The position numbers and the translations under genes are program-made. The notes under the pieces were generated by a model that saw nothing but the letters and a program-made list of their open reading frames with translations, searched no databases and had not been told where the DNA came from. Shown in pieces: positions 1 to 13,598 of a stretch of DNA of 64,000 nucleotides (the first letter of the stretch is position 1; the number at the start of each line of letters is the position of its first letter). Source of the stretch: Raillietiella orientalis (Eukaryota); contig JAYWIR010000017.1 of NCBI GenBank assembly GCA_036172245.1, forward strand, positions 2,046,001 through 2,110,000. Direction: 5' to 3'.

Positions 1-429
1 TTCCAGGGGTCCGGTCCGTTCCAGGAGCGACTTGACAAAGGGAGAGGAGGGGGAAAGGGAGAAGGGCTGGGGCAGAGCCCGGAGAACGGCCTATGGGTCG
101 CGGAATCCTTTGAGTTCAACTCTCAAAGCGGTCCCGCCCCTCCTTCGCACCGGGTCCAAGGCACCAGGGAAGATCAGAAGCATCCAGTCCATCCTGAGTT
201 CTTCTGGGAGGCTGAGGGAGGTCCACGTCTTTGGCAGGCGGCATCCCTTGCGTGCAACCGGCGTCGACCAAGGAGGCACCTTTCCTGCCGCCGTCACCGC
301 TCTTCTTTCATTTCTTCCGTTTCCCTTCCAGAAAGCGCGATTCACGGAAACTCCTGCGGGATACCTGATCCACTCCTCCGATCCATTCTCCTTCATCCAC
401 GAGGGAGGACTCTTTCCACCACCTGACTT

Positions 430-620
430 CAAGAAGAAAAGGGAGGAGCGACAGCAAAGATGCTCCTGGTGGGTCCTACCTTCAGGTCGGTTGCTGTTCT
501 ACGAGCGCACTCTTCTCGAGGGATCGGAGGCTCTATCCATCTTCTTCTCTCCCAGTGCACTACATGAGTGGTCTCCCGTTTCAAAGCAGTGCGGGCATCT
601 CGAACATCAGGTAAGGGGAA
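430..620 (-). mobile_element. Possible LINE ORF1 (gag-like) zinc-knuckle remnant
   Basis: Minus strand reads RCPHCFETGDHSC followed by a degraded CxNC...H-like stretch. Adjacent to LINE ORF2 relics. Weak. Confidence 0.3.
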
Positions 621-849
621 GGGAGAGGGGGAAATGCAGAAGGAAAGGAAGAGTTAAGTTTCTCCTTCTCCCTCTCCCCTTTAACCCACCTTCCAGTTTT
701 TTTCCAGAATCAAGGGAGAGATCCCCTTTCTGGCTCTTCCCTTCTCTACCTATGACTACCTCCGTTCCATATCGAAAGACGGGAGTCAGGGTGTTTTCGG
801 GGAAGAAAGGGGTGGGCGGAAGAAAAAGCCGGGGAGCGACTTCCCGACG

Positions 850-3050
850 CTCTCCCCTCTACCGGCTGATGCCTGGTCCATCTGGCGGTTGTCTACTAAG
901 TTCTGGTTTCCTTGGATCCCAAGAAGTAAAAGGGAATAAGGACCGGGGTGGATTAGGAAACCCCAATAGAAGGACGCCATTGCACTCCCGATTCATAGGT
1001 ATGCTCGCCAACCCCGCTACCAGCCTTTCTAAACCAGGGACCGCATTCCAAGTATCTTTCGCTACGAGAACGTGGATCACACGGGGAGAGGAGGAACAGA
1101 GGAAGGAGGAAGCGATCAGTCGACTGCACTTCCCGCCCTTCCCCCTTAGTCACCTCAAGGGGCATCTCCCACTCTTAGCGAATTCCCGCCAAAGCATCCG
1201 TGCGAAGCGCGGTACCTCTTTTTCCGCTCCTGGCATCTTCCCACTGCACTTCCGGTTTTCCTTCCCCTAGGACGAGGAGGAGCGCACCGCTCCACCGCCA
1301 CTCCAGCCTTGTGAAACGCCTCCTTCCCTCCCTCTCTCTTCCCTCCCACATCTCTCTCACTCCCGCCCTTTCTGCTCCCGTCGCCGCCTCCGAGGACTGA
1401 GCTGATGACGTGCGCAGCGGTTCCTCTCCTGCACAAAAAGTAGGGGAAGGGGGGGGTAGAGAAAGGTAGGGACTGAGCATCGACTTATGCCTCCCGCTAG
1501 GGGAAGAATGCGTCATTGGAAAATTCTTTCGTCCTGCTCTCGGTGCCCTCCCTCCCCCCGGAGCTCTCTGTTTCCCTTGCCAGCTCTTGCGCCAGGGGAC
1601 TTCTGGTAGCAACGCAGAGAGCGAACAGTGGATCAGACAGGACGGCTTTCTCTTCCTGGTGCTCACACTATGCCCATTCTTGTCCCTCTCGCGACCCCAT
1701 CTCCCTTCTCTCTAGTCATCTCATCTGTGCCTCGAACAACTCCCAGCGGCATCCCCTTCCAAAAGGAAGCTTTTTGGTCTCTTTGGCTTGCTTTCTGACA
1801 CAGAAAAACGCGAAGGCTGCTTCAGGGGGATGAATCCTCTCGGATCGCAGCGAGTACAGACTAGGAAGGAGGAGGGACGAGGAAGTCTCATGAAAGTCTG
1901 AAGAAGGGCGTCTCTGCCAAAACGGTGAGAGCAGACCTCTTCGCACCTTGGAAGTCTGCAGCAGTCAGTCCACAGCTTCTTTGTCCAGGAAGTTGGCATG
2001 ACAGAGAACCATCACTTCATCCGAGGGGAAATGAACTTCCTGATCTCTTTGACGGTCAGTCTCATTTTAAGTTGGCACTACTGTCAATGCTAGAGATTGT
2101 TCCTTGGAAACGAGACGCGGAGCAAGCGGGACACGGATCTACGCTTCCACGTCACGCACATCCTTCCTCGAGTCAGGAAGGACACCCAAGCGAAAGGTTT
2201 TCCACTTTCTGTTGACATTGGGTCATGTTGGTCATCTTACACAGGGAAAACTGGTTCTCACCAGTCCACCTATCCGAGTTTCTCTTCCATCTCCATGACG
2301 ATAAATGTAGCCACCCGAGTGGTCAACAATCTTCTGAAGTCCGCACTCTGTGATGCGGCCCAGCAGAGGCCAGGGTTGGTGGATTTTCTATTGCTTGATT
2401 GAGTCGTTTAAGAGTGGGACTCCATCGGGCAGAGGAGGCAGTCGGGCAGCTTGGTAACAGGCACCACGCTCTTTCATCTGACTGCATCTGACTCGTGAGA
2501 CTCCACAGAACAGGATGCACCACCCTGGATACATAGCACCCATAACAGATTGCAGCATCTTCTCGACCCAGGTCACTCACCTGTCACCCAGTGGAAACTC
2601 AGGGGATTTTTTGGAAAAAAAATAAGGCAGTCTCACTTACCCTACTTGCGGAGAAACTTGAGTGCTGCTCGCCTCTGAGGAGCAGTGTTGGAGCTGCTAC
2701 CGCCTCGGAATTTTGATCGAACAGCCTCGCTGGCTCCGAATCAGAAATGCTCTCTGGAGCAGCAGCTAATCCCTGGGTTCTGCTCATCAGAGAAAAGAGC
2801 GGAGCGTCTAGACTCCATGATTTCCTGTTTTCTGCTACATGTCTCGAGAGTGACTGAGGATGGCGAGATCGCCACCTCAAGGCTTTAAGGGGTTCCCCCT
2901 CAAAGAGCTGCCGAAAGAGCGCCACAGTTTTCGTGGTTCCTTCTTTGCACAGTCAGAGTGTCGGATGAGCTGTCTGTCTTCGACTCAGCAAGAGCTTGAG
3001 GAACCAGCGAAACCTTTCGAAACCCACGGGAAGTCCTTCCTCAAAGAAAG
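850..3050 (-). mobile_element. Decayed R1/LOA-like LINE ORF2 (RT - RNase H - 3' domain)
   Basis: Minus-strand motifs across frameshifts, in the expected order: EQHSSFSASRVSETALF (RT QxGF...STETAL), LFEAQ / AVLSDPLFAL..SPLAQELA (RNase H), VQWEDARSGKRG, LASIPMN. Segment ~2100-2310 is clearly homologous, inverted, to ~3455-3680. Confidence 0.65.
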
Positions 3051-3259
3051 AAGAGACCAGAATCTTTGGTCTTCTTCAGGTCGACCTTACCGAGAATTCC
3101 TAGTCTTGCATTGCTCTGCGCATCCACAGATACGTACCAGCAGATATATACAATTATACATGTATTTAATTCGTATGCACGGAGAGAGGGTGCACACACA
3201 TGTGCATTCGAAAAGCAGTCCACACGCACGTATGCATACGTGTGCCAGACCTTAAGAAC

Positions 3260-5080
3260 CACCTCCGGAGCGAGTTCCAATAGCATCAGGAGATGGTGAG
3301 TGCACTGTTGAGCAGCTCCACAGTGGTTTGTGTTGTGTTGAGACTGGAGGAAGGACACTTCCTCCTTATCCTATTGTATGGAGACTCCAAGAGTCAGGAG
3401 AACGTGGACATGGGCCGCCAAAGAGATCAGGATATTCATCGCCTGGGACCACTCAGCTGGCTAGATTTATAGATGCGGAGGTGAAAGAGAAACTCGGATG
3501 GGTGGACAGATGAGAAGAACCAGCTTTCCCTGTGCAAGGTGACCAGAATGACCCAATGTCAGCAGACAGGGGGAAACCCTTTCGTTTGGGTTTCCTTCCT
3601 CGCGTGAGGAAGGCTGTACATGACTCGGAAGCGTAGATCCGCGTCCCGCTTCCTCCGTGTCTCGTTTCCAAGAAACAATCTCCAGATTTCAGCTTGCTCC
3701 GGAAAACTGTTCCTCCGGAGGAGTGTGCCTCCCGATCGCCCTTCATCACCGCAGGAAGTGGATGCGAACCAGGAAATGGATTCGGGACGCTAGCAAGAAT
3801 CTCGTGAGACACAAGCGAGACCACGAGGAGAAATGCGGCAGCTGCCCCGAGGAATAACGGAAGATGGCTTCATCGGTCAGTGCGAGCATCTCATCAGACT
3901 GAAGACTTTTTGCTTTCCCGATCTCATCTTACCGCAGAGGATTCAGAAGAGAAGGACGAGGGGAGGGGGAACGCTCCGCTCCTCGGTCGAACTCCTGGAG
4001 TGAAGAGAAAAGGAAGGCTGAATTTGGGAAATCGATCCACCTAAATCCCAGTTTTTCTGCCTAAAGGATACTCGACTTCTTGAGCTGGAAATGCTAGTCA
4101 GCATCTGTTCTCGGTACGAAGATGAGATCTGGTTTCGCCTTGGAAAGCGAGGTGATTCGCAAGAAACAAAAGCCGGATCCAGTTACAAATCATCTCCGAA
4201 AAGATGAACTCGTCTCGTGAAATCGAATACAGCCTCTTGTCTCGCGAGAGGCCACAGAAAGAGAGAGAAAGAGAGAGAGGCACGAAGAAGTGCTGGTGAT
4301 CGGGTGAGACCCTTGGAGCAGATGTGAAGCCAAAACGGTGAACCCACCCCCTAGCAACGGAGCCCACGGTGAGCGAGGGATGCTGCTCAAAACTCTCACC
4401 AGTATTAGATCCAGTGAGATCCAAGTGGAAAGCCAGTTAATCGCATGATGGTCATCCAACTCAGAGAGTGGACAATGTGAGAACACTCGAATCCGTGGTA
4501 AATAACCTGCGGTGAACTTGGGAAACCGAGATAACTTGCATCTACTTGAATATCGTCTTGAGTCGTGAAGCGTTAGAATGAACTCACAGCTTGATAAGTT
4601 TGCGTGCTGTTTCTTAGGAGACAAGAAGTCCAGAAGCATCTTCCAAGTAGATAGGTCTTCAGTGAACTGTCGAGAGAGGGGTGGATCGATTAGACATGGA
4701 AGGAAGGTATTTCGACCGGTATTTTTTTACGTGCATCTTCGTCAGGAATGTATCCAGGTGGACCCACCTGGGCGCAAACAGGACGCAGCTTGCTAGGATC
4801 CTGAACAGGATCTAGAGGTCCGATCCGCGCGCAGTGTAATCCCTTCCCCGTCCTCCCCCCCCCCCCATCTAGAGATTTCTCCCCTCCTCAAGTTTCACTT
4901 TTTGTTTCTTTTTGTTTAATTTATTCCTACTCCTGCGCAGTGGATGGATCTCGCCGGTCTTTGCACCGGCAGCCAGCAAGTTGCTGTGACGTGGTGAGCC
5001 CTTGGGTTCACCACAAGAGTTTAATTGTATGTTTATTTTTTATAAATAAATGCCCCGGTGTATCCGGGTGAAAATCGCCT
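3260..5080 (+). mobile_element. Decayed R1/LOA-like LINE, 3' half with 3' terminus
   Basis: APQWFVL (PQGSVL-like), AKEIRIFIA (YADD-like), WTDEKNQLSLCK, HLIRLKTFCFP. C-terminus FTCIFVRNVSRWTHL is homologous to FALRFLGMVARWPHL at ~31.96 kb. The 3' end ATGTTTATTTTTTATAAATAAATGCCCCGGTGT matches ~32226-32258. Confidence 0.7.
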
Positions 5081-5149
5081 TTGCTCAGGAAGATGGAGCT
5101 AATGCATTTTAGCAATGGACACCCACATTCACGCAGAAACGCAGCTCAG

Positions 5150-6600
5150 TTTTACTGATCGCGATGAAGATCGCTTCTCATAAAGCCATCACAAAAGGTC
5201 CGATTACAGATCAACACTCCTCTTGGCGTTGTTTCCTGAAGTTCACTGGGGAGCTCAGAGTTCAACGTTAGTATCCTGTTCATGCAATAATAATAAAATC
5301 AAAGATAATACTTTGGTCCATCAAATCCTTGCACTTCGACTAACTTATCGCAACGTTAGAAGCAAAGCAGCTGCTGACACCAGTAGAAAACCTTGCGGTT
5401 CCCCACAGTTCTTTTGTGCTCTTGTGCTTTGCCTTGGGTTTCCACAGATACGATACATTCTTCCTAAGAGCGACGGCAACATCTTCATTGATAGAAAGAT
5501 CGATTCTTTCACAGGAGAATTCTACTTACAGGAGAAGCCAATTCATGTATGGATTCGTTTGTGCATCAGTCGTAGTCCTCTGGCTGCAAGTCTTCTCTCT
5601 GCATTCAACTCTTTTCATTATAGTAATGCAAAATTTATTTATTCTCTCGAACCAGAAAATAAATAAATTATCTCACTGTTAGAGGAATTCATTCGATCAA
5701 ATCCTCTGATAATAAGACTCTCGGTTAGTGAATCCTACAACAGCAATGATATGTTTCACTAATAAATCGATTGCTTTCTGCTAGTGTACGAACTGAGCCA
5801 TTCTAATGTCCTTTAATCTTTTCGATTTTCCATATACAGTTTTACTTGCCAACAGGACTTCAGGAGAAAATCGCAAAGTTGGCACGGAGCACTGCGGCAG
5901 ATGGAAAGGAAACTTGTGGTACTGTAAAGTACACGCTTTTCAGCCAAACGATCTCTCGGATTTCAAGACATTGAGTCCTAGATGATCCCCCATGAAGATC
6001 CAGGTGTTATCCTCCATTCGTTTTGAAAACACAGAAGAGAAGATGCCCCCAGTTGGTCGCAAAATGGAGAAAATGTACGTTAGTGCCTAAATACCCTCCA
6101 AATTGCAAACAATTTTTTCCAGATTCTTTTCGGCCATCTGGAGTCTTGATTTAATTCCGGAGAATACCAAAAGCATCGAAAACTGAATTTTGTCAGGAGT
6201 GATAGATATCAACATTGCCTCCATCGTTCTTTTAAGTCCAGTTACTGTTCTTGAGAAGGGATTGGATCATAGGATGGAGCATGAAATTTTAAAAGCCCAT
6301 CCGCCATGCATTCGTGTTTAATATCAGAATAACAGTGAAAGAATCTACAGCGTATATTTTCTGTGTAAAATGAACCATTACTCAACAGTTTTTTTCTCGT
6401 AACGATAGGCAGAAGTGCAAGATGATACCATAACCTCAGCCAAAGAATTTCCATCCCTTGAAACCTCCAAAAAGAGTTCCGCCCCGTATCCAGGATCCAT
6501 TAAGGAGTAATTCTTGAACATTACGTGGACAGGAGGGAAGCGGTAGCGAATGAAACGTACTTTGATCTGCCTGAAGATAATCCAGCAATTTCGAAGCAGA
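5150..6600 (-). mobile_element. Gypsy-type LTR retrotransposon pol relic (protease, RT)
   Basis: WILDTG near 6490 (aspartic protease), then KRMEDNTWIF / DHLGLNVL near 5990 (KKDxxWRxxxDYRxLN-like) and CFASNVA near 5360. Many stops and frameshifts. Confidence 0.5.
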
Positions 6601-8419
6601 GATCAAGATTTGTTACCCACCAGAAGTATGTGGCAGCAGCACGACAATGCTTTATGATAGCTACTGGCGAGTGAAGGTCACAACGCCCGTTCTACGCTGG
6701 AGATGGTACAAATATTCTGTTTGAATCACACCCTACCTTCTGTGCTCTCCAGACTTGGAGGCGAGCGAGTCTCACTTTTTCAGGCTGCTAAAAGAGGTGT
6801 CGCTTCTTTTCTGATAAAGAGATCAAAAAGGCAGTTCATGACTGGCCTGGGGATCAATGGGAGAACTCTATTCTCGGGAAAGACGCCCATTAGTTGCCGC
6901 CGAAAAGCGTGAAGACCGCCCAGGGGACTAGACTAAGAACTGAAGTGCCAATTTTGCTTTCGTGCAATTAAAACATTCGTTTCATTTTTTTGTGGTTTAG
7001 GTCTCAGTAACACCTGCATCTTTTATGTAAATAGTTTATTTTTCTGAAGGTCCAACCAATTAAAACATACAAGCAAACAAATGTTTCAGAAGCATCTTGC
7101 AAAGATAAATATTTTCTTTTGCTTCCTTTATGCTAAGCAAGCATCTCTCAAGCGTGACCTGAGAAGAATGAGAGAATGAGTAGCACACAAAAAGCAGAAG
7201 ATGCACCTAGGTTCTCGTCCTACGTTGGGAGGAAAAGGAGCGCTCGGCACGTTGGAGGGTAATCAAGAAGAGGAGAGGCAAACTTCCATGGCGTGAAATC
7301 TGTGATGCAAGATGCTAAAGAATAGAATGCTAAATCACGGCTGCAATATCGGATTTCATTGCGATGTCTCATTTACAGCTTTTCATTTCAAGTTTCCCGT
7401 AAAACTCACGTGGAGAGGACAGTCAATGAAGGTGGTCATTTTTCCCCCCTGGGATTTAAGACTACTGGAAGAGGGCTTCCGTTTCTACTGAGGCGACGAC
7501 GAAATAGGTCAAGGGAAAACGAAAATTTCGAAAACGTTTTTCGGAACATTTGTTTCCGGCATCCAAGGCGTTTTGTTTCGTCCTGAAATTTGGCGGCCAA
7601 TTCTCGTAGCACATTCGGGATTTTTTTTTTTTCTTGCAGCTAACCATCACAGAAGCGGTGGAACTCGGCTTTGATGAGTTTTCGAGCTTCTATTTATGAA
7701 AAGATATATGACAGGATGAAGGAAAGAGATACGTAAAGTCACAACATGCTGCAATAAATCAGGAAGCCATTTCCCAGCCATTTCCTAGCCATTTAGCACC
7801 ATCCGCCGCCATAGCGGACTGCGATGGAAAATGCGGAACGAAAACACTTTCGAGTATCCTGGAAAGCTTTCGGGCGAGTCACGTGGAACTCTCTCCCTAG
7901 CCCTCTCCAAGCAAAAACATGTCAGCGTGTTTCGTCTCTTTTATTGAGCACACCGACCTGATTTACGTTTGACTCACTCTGCGAGCACATTACGAACCGA
8001 GTGCAAAAGAGCAAAAAAAAAAAAAAAGGAAAGAAAGAGGGAAGAAATTGAAGATGTTATCCCGCACGCCTAATGGCGCTTCGGAAAGGATCTGTTGGTT
8101 ACTTTTAAAACAAGCTGTGATTTTTCGTGAATCCTAATAGAGTGAAGGTGGAGTGAAAACTACGCGCTCCAGTGGAACTGATGCCAAAGGGGAAAGGGTT
8201 AGACGCGAAATATGCGTAGACGAAGCCACTCAAAGCAAAATCACCAGAAACCAGCACGACCCAGAACACACTGCCTTATGAAATCCCTTGTCGATGATCG
8301 TTTTTTTAATGTTTATCAGAAGGGTTTTTATCCAGGGATACCTGCGTTTCACCAAAGACTTTAATTTTCGCATGTGAAGGGTGTACATGCATGTACATGT
8401 GTGTACTCTATTCTCTTGC

Positions 8420-9250
8420 ATATTTTCACGTTCGTATTCTCCATTGGTTTACAGATGGAGATTCAAAGAACAGCTTCGATATGCCTGCGATGCATGATTT
8501 TGACACGCGCAAAGGATCCTTCAATCGAAGGTCCTCGATATTCCTGTTGTTTCGTCTTCACAATGCTCGAAGGCCCAGGATGCTTTCGACTGTCCTCATC
8601 GCCGCGCACTCATCGATGATAAACACGGAGTCGACGATGCGATTTATCTAGAGTGCCGACATTCCCTCCAGGGAACCTGGAAAACTGGAAACTCCAACCT
8701 GGAAACAGCTAACAGCACCGTTGAATCGCTTTAACCGAATTCTTTCCCGCCTCCAGGTTCAAGAGACCCATGCCCTCCGCCTTTCTAGCTGCTAGTGCCC
8801 CAAGAACCTTCAGGTTTGCTATCTCATTTGTTTGGATGAGCTGCTTGCCTTCAAAGCTCAGACCTTTTCGAAAGGCTTGCAGTTTGCTTCTCACATCAAA
8901 CCACAACATGCTTCAAGAGAGTTCTTAAGATTCTGGCAAAGCAGGCCGCTTTTACAATCCAAATTTGAGATCACCTTGTGAAGCGGAAAGCGTGGTCACG
9001 CGATGAGGATGACGACTGCTACTCCAGAGAGTGATGAAGAGCGTTTAATGGATCTACTTTCCTCTTGTGGATCCTTTCTCAAGATGCTTTTCCCAAGCGC
9101 TCTAATGCTCTTTGTGGCAATCGGAAAGGAGAAGGCAGGTGAGAGTATCTTTTCTGTTCGGGATGGAAATCTTTTCGGCCTCTGCAGACTTCTCGCTGTT
9201 GTCAAGCACGATCTTGGAAAATGGGCTCATGAACTGCAATCAAGGCACGA
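8420..9250 (-). mobile_element. Gypsy-type gag/protease-proximal relic
   Basis: ILRKDPQEESRSI and KGLSFEGKQLIQTNEIANLKVLGALA resemble retrotransposon gag. FARVKI..IEAVL resembles the lead-in to the protease. Confidence 0.3.
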
Positions 9251-12200
9251 AATGAAACCGGGCACATTGGCGTTTTGTTCTCGAGAAAAGTGAGTTTGTG
9301 TCACGCACAGGGAGATTGCTTTGTTGCAAGCACTTTGAATATTTTTTTTATTGTCCTACTGGCAACACTGTAAGTGTGTGAGCTATGATCCCCGTGCATG
9401 GCCGTTTGTGGAAAGTGACTGCACTTCAAAACATGCGGTTTCTCACGCGAAAAAAGTAGTTCTCTGTGTTTTTTTTCTTTAATGATACAAAGGACGTTTT
9501 ATCAAGAGACCCACCTTCAGCTTGCTGCAGCTGAAAGAACGGAAATGTTCTCCGTTGGCGATTGGAGTGATGAGCGAACTTTGCTGTAGGAAGGCATAAA
9601 AGTACTAGCGAACCGATCAGGTTTGCAAACTATAAGTGCTACCGCCTTACTCTGCCGGCATGGAAAAGCTACTTATTTGTAAGGATAGATGCTTGGCTCA
9701 GTGAAAGGTATCAAGCTTCTTTTCGTACTGATAGCGATTAGTTGTTTTATCCATGTGGGTTCCTCGGAAGCAGTTTTCAATCTTACCGCTTGAACTTCAA
9801 GCCTGCAACTGTGTACTTACTAACTGATACTTGTATGTTATCACAAAAGCTTTATTTTAAATAGAGAAAATTCCAAGTAGAGATTATTCTTTTTTCAGGT
9901 GCCTTCGTTGATTTCCTTCTGGATCATTCGGTTTTTCTTTTTTTTACTTTTTTGCCAATGCTGGAAGCATTTATGATCTCAGATAAGCTTATGGAATCTT
10001 AAAAGATTCCTCACTGCATTTCTCTTCATTGTTTTCATAGCAGAAATCCATCTTCCAAGCTTTACTGCGTTTGGAAAAGAGGGGAAAGCGATACGGAGAC
10101 GATCAGATAAACAGGAGACTGTGGCTTGCGGCGATTGGCTAAGAACTTCACAAGTCTTCCCGAGTGGACTCACACAGTCGTATCCAAGCAACCAAGAATT
10201 AGTTGTTGCAGTGTTCAGTTTTTGGTCTTCGCCATATCAAATCAAGAAGACGTTTCAAAACTCTGAAATGGAAACTTATGCTTCAATTAATTCATATGTG
10301 AATAAAGTTTCCAGGTAGAAAAATGGGCAAACAAACAAATCATTAGACAGGAAAGAATACCGCAAGAGTATCTAATTCATTCAATACTTGTGAAGCAGAA
10401 TTCCAACTTGTAATTTAACACTGAATTGGCAAGAACTCGAGGAAATTTTCTTCTACTGGTTAACGAGTTTAAAGGTCTGATTCTGAGACATTTCTTGAAA
10501 GTAGTGTTTTCTCTTCCTGAGAACATGCAAAAATACAAAAGTAGAGCAGAAATAAGATGCATGTTGACTCCTTGTATAAGAGTTCTGAGATGACTGCATA
10601 ATTATTCCGAAGGTGGATCAATTTTCCGAAATTATAGTAACAACAGTACTTGAAAAATGGTTTTTGGCTATCCGCACTATCAGATCACTATCGAAATCTT
10701 CTTTATCCTTATTCTTGAAGAATCTTTTGATATCCGTTAAAGCAGATGCAATGAATAAATCTTCGCAACATGCAAAAGCAATCTCTCACAGACGCAGAAT
10801 TCAGAATTTTACTGCTCCGTAAGAAATCAGTTAGTGGAAAGAGCATCTTCACAATGTATCCATCTAAATGTAAAATAAAGGGGAATGAAGTTCTCTCCAT
10901 TGATTTATATTGAAATTAAATCCATGATCTCACTCCGTTTTCCATGAAACTACAGATTTTGTGCATACATTTATCAGTAATTATATTAAATTCGAATGTT
11001 TTCAGTATGAAAGCACGCATTTCTCTTCGTGAGTGTTGATGGTAGCCTCTAAATATAATTTTCTCATTTATTCTGTGCTGAGAAATTTGTTGTGCTGACT
11101 CTGTTAATCATATGGAATTGCTGTGAAGTAATTTGGCCAAACAACCACTTGATTTCAAAACCTTGCTTTACCAAGTCCCGTGAATATTGCAAAGATTTAA
11201 AAACGTCAAAAGCATCATGCATCGATGCAGCTTTCAAAATCCCTTCTACTTTTTCCATTTTTTCAAGGTCACCAATTCCTGCTGATCTTTTGTATTGCAA
11301 ATATCATGCCAAGACAAAACTTATGAACTTGTAGTCAGACTTTGTTCATTCGATAGTTCATAGCAATTCATCGCTAAGAAATTCAAATTTTAGCAAAGAA
11401 GAAAGTTTAGAAAAATCCAAATTCACAGGAAAAAGATGTACCCTCATTGATATTTTATTTTTTTCTGCTCATGAACCGGTGCTCATAACCTGATGTTCTT
11501 CATTTACAAGGAAAGCATTCTCAGGAGGAATGTCAGAGGTTAGAGTTCTCCATTATCGATTTAAAAGAGAGATACATGGATCGCTTTATTCTAGATAGTC
11601 CCTGCATTATAGAATTATCTAGAATACTCGAACCCTGGAATTTAACAGCTGCTTCTTCATCATGAGACCTGGCGAGGCAATTTAAATAAAAATACCTCCG
11701 TAGAACCGCTAATCCCAGGAACGAAACGTGCACTTGCATGTAAGAAAAGGTTGCTCACATTTAAAAATAAAAAGCATCATCTAGAAAAGTCAAAGTCACT
11801 ATGGAGCTACTGCCAATTCATACCCATCAAATATCAATCTGCTTTTTGCAGCCTCGACTCTTAAGAAAAAAAAAAAAAAGCCACAATGGCCCCTTCAATG
11901 CTTTCGTGATCGAGAATCTTGAATTATCAGATTCTCCTGAGCCTGAGGTTGTCGTTACAGAGCTTGTAAGCTGCAAATGTTTTGCTTTAATAGAAGGGAC
12001 ATCGAAGTAACGATACAGAAAATAAAAGCAGTGGTCTCCCAGTCGAATCACATCGGTCCAAAGATCAACCATCTGTTGCGATTTCTCTCCAATAGCCAGG
12101 CACTATGTGCTCCTTCGAGGTGTCTGAATAAAGTTTCAGAGTTTCAGTTATGATTCTGACGAAGCTGCTGTGGCATCCATTTTGAAGAGCTGTGAAGCAC

Positions 12201-13509
12201 GAGGAATCTTACGAGCAGTCTTATAATCTTCATCGGCTTACTTTTTGAAGTTTCATTAAGCGCTTTAGCTCATCATGCTGCTCATACACATGAAGAAACA
12301 AACATCGAAAGACGTATAGGTTTTCTGGGAAACCAAACAGAGATCAGATTCCCGGGAGTTTTTTGTTCTTTCAAATCTTACCAAACAACCTGCGGACTAT
12401 TGGCATCTATTATGTCGAAATAGGAAAGCCTATGCTTCAATTATGTAAATAATACTCTTAAATCACACAGCGAGCTCCCTATGTTGGATATCCATTCACC
12501 TCACAGAGTTTCTTCACGAGTGCAAAGACTGAGCTTTTTAAATTTATTATTTACTGCTTTCTCATATTCAAAATTTGGTAGCAAACATGTGCTCACATTG
12601 AGCAGAGAACTTGAAACACCTACAGGATTCTTCTACTTCACCTGAAGAAGGAATATCTTACCAATGTTGGATGAGAGAATTTGCATACAACCATTCTCCG
12701 ATGTTATTCAAGAATTTGGTTTGGTTGCTCCTGAAAGCACTTGTTTTCAGTTGGGGGTGTCGTTAGCATGGATTCTACAACTCGTGAAGCACACAGTATA
12801 CTGATATCTCGAGCACGCGGTGTCAAGGGCATCAGCATCTGCAGCAGAATTTTCTTCTGCGTATTGAATCCGTTTTCGCTCGATTATGCTGCCAGAGAAT
12901 TAATCATTTCATTAACTGGTCTATTAATGATATCAGTCCTGAATCCGTTACGAATAGCAGAAAAGACTGCGCTTGCTTTTGTTTGCAATTCTACGTATTT
13001 CTCTCGCTTTAGGGCAATCCATCTCAGCCATCAGTTGTACGAATAAAATAGCCAGGAGATTCAACTAGCTGTCACTACCTGGAGACAAAGCTTCCAGATA
13101 AGGAAAAAAAAAACCTCAAGCAGTTATGCTAATAATTTAACTTCGGCTGTGTAGGTAACTAGTGAAAGGTACTGGAGGATAAACAAAACACGATCCGAAA
13201 GAAATGTGGCGACGAAGCACCTGTTAACATTCATTTATGTGCAAATAAAGAGCTAAGACATTAATATTCTTCTTTCCTTTTTTTTGAAACGACGGCTTGC
13301 AAAATTTGAAACCCCTTCTGCATCTTCTCTCCTGCTTGCATGCTAAGCTTGACTTTTCACGAACCTGCAATAGGGCCGAGATATGCTTTCGTATGGCTCA
13401 ATATCAGTGATCTAACTCTTGCTTGAGAATGAGGTGTCACAAGAGAAATCATGGACATGTTGTGTTCGCTACCCTCAGAAAACACTGAAGTGTGATGTCG
13501 GTTAACTCG

Positions 13510-13598
13510 AGTTTTTGAATTCTCTTCATTTGCATAGTATGGTCACTCAATTATTTGTTTTGCTGAAACAAATGCCGTCGGAGAACCTGCTGGTGGGC
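13510..13598 (+). repeat. Dispersed direct repeat, copy 1 (copy 2 at ~16320-16397)
   Basis: GTCACTCAATTATTTGTTTTGCTGAAACAAATGCCGTCGGAGAACCTGCTGGTGGGC versus GTCACCCAGTTATTTGTTTTGCTGAAAGAAATGCCGTCGGAAAACCTGCTGGTGGGC. Confidence 0.9.

Noticed and set aside
32..1270. 412-aa plus-strand ORF, the longest in the window
   Set aside because: Non-ATG start, low-complexity translation and no domain. It lies antisense to LINE relics in GC-rich DNA where stops are scarce.
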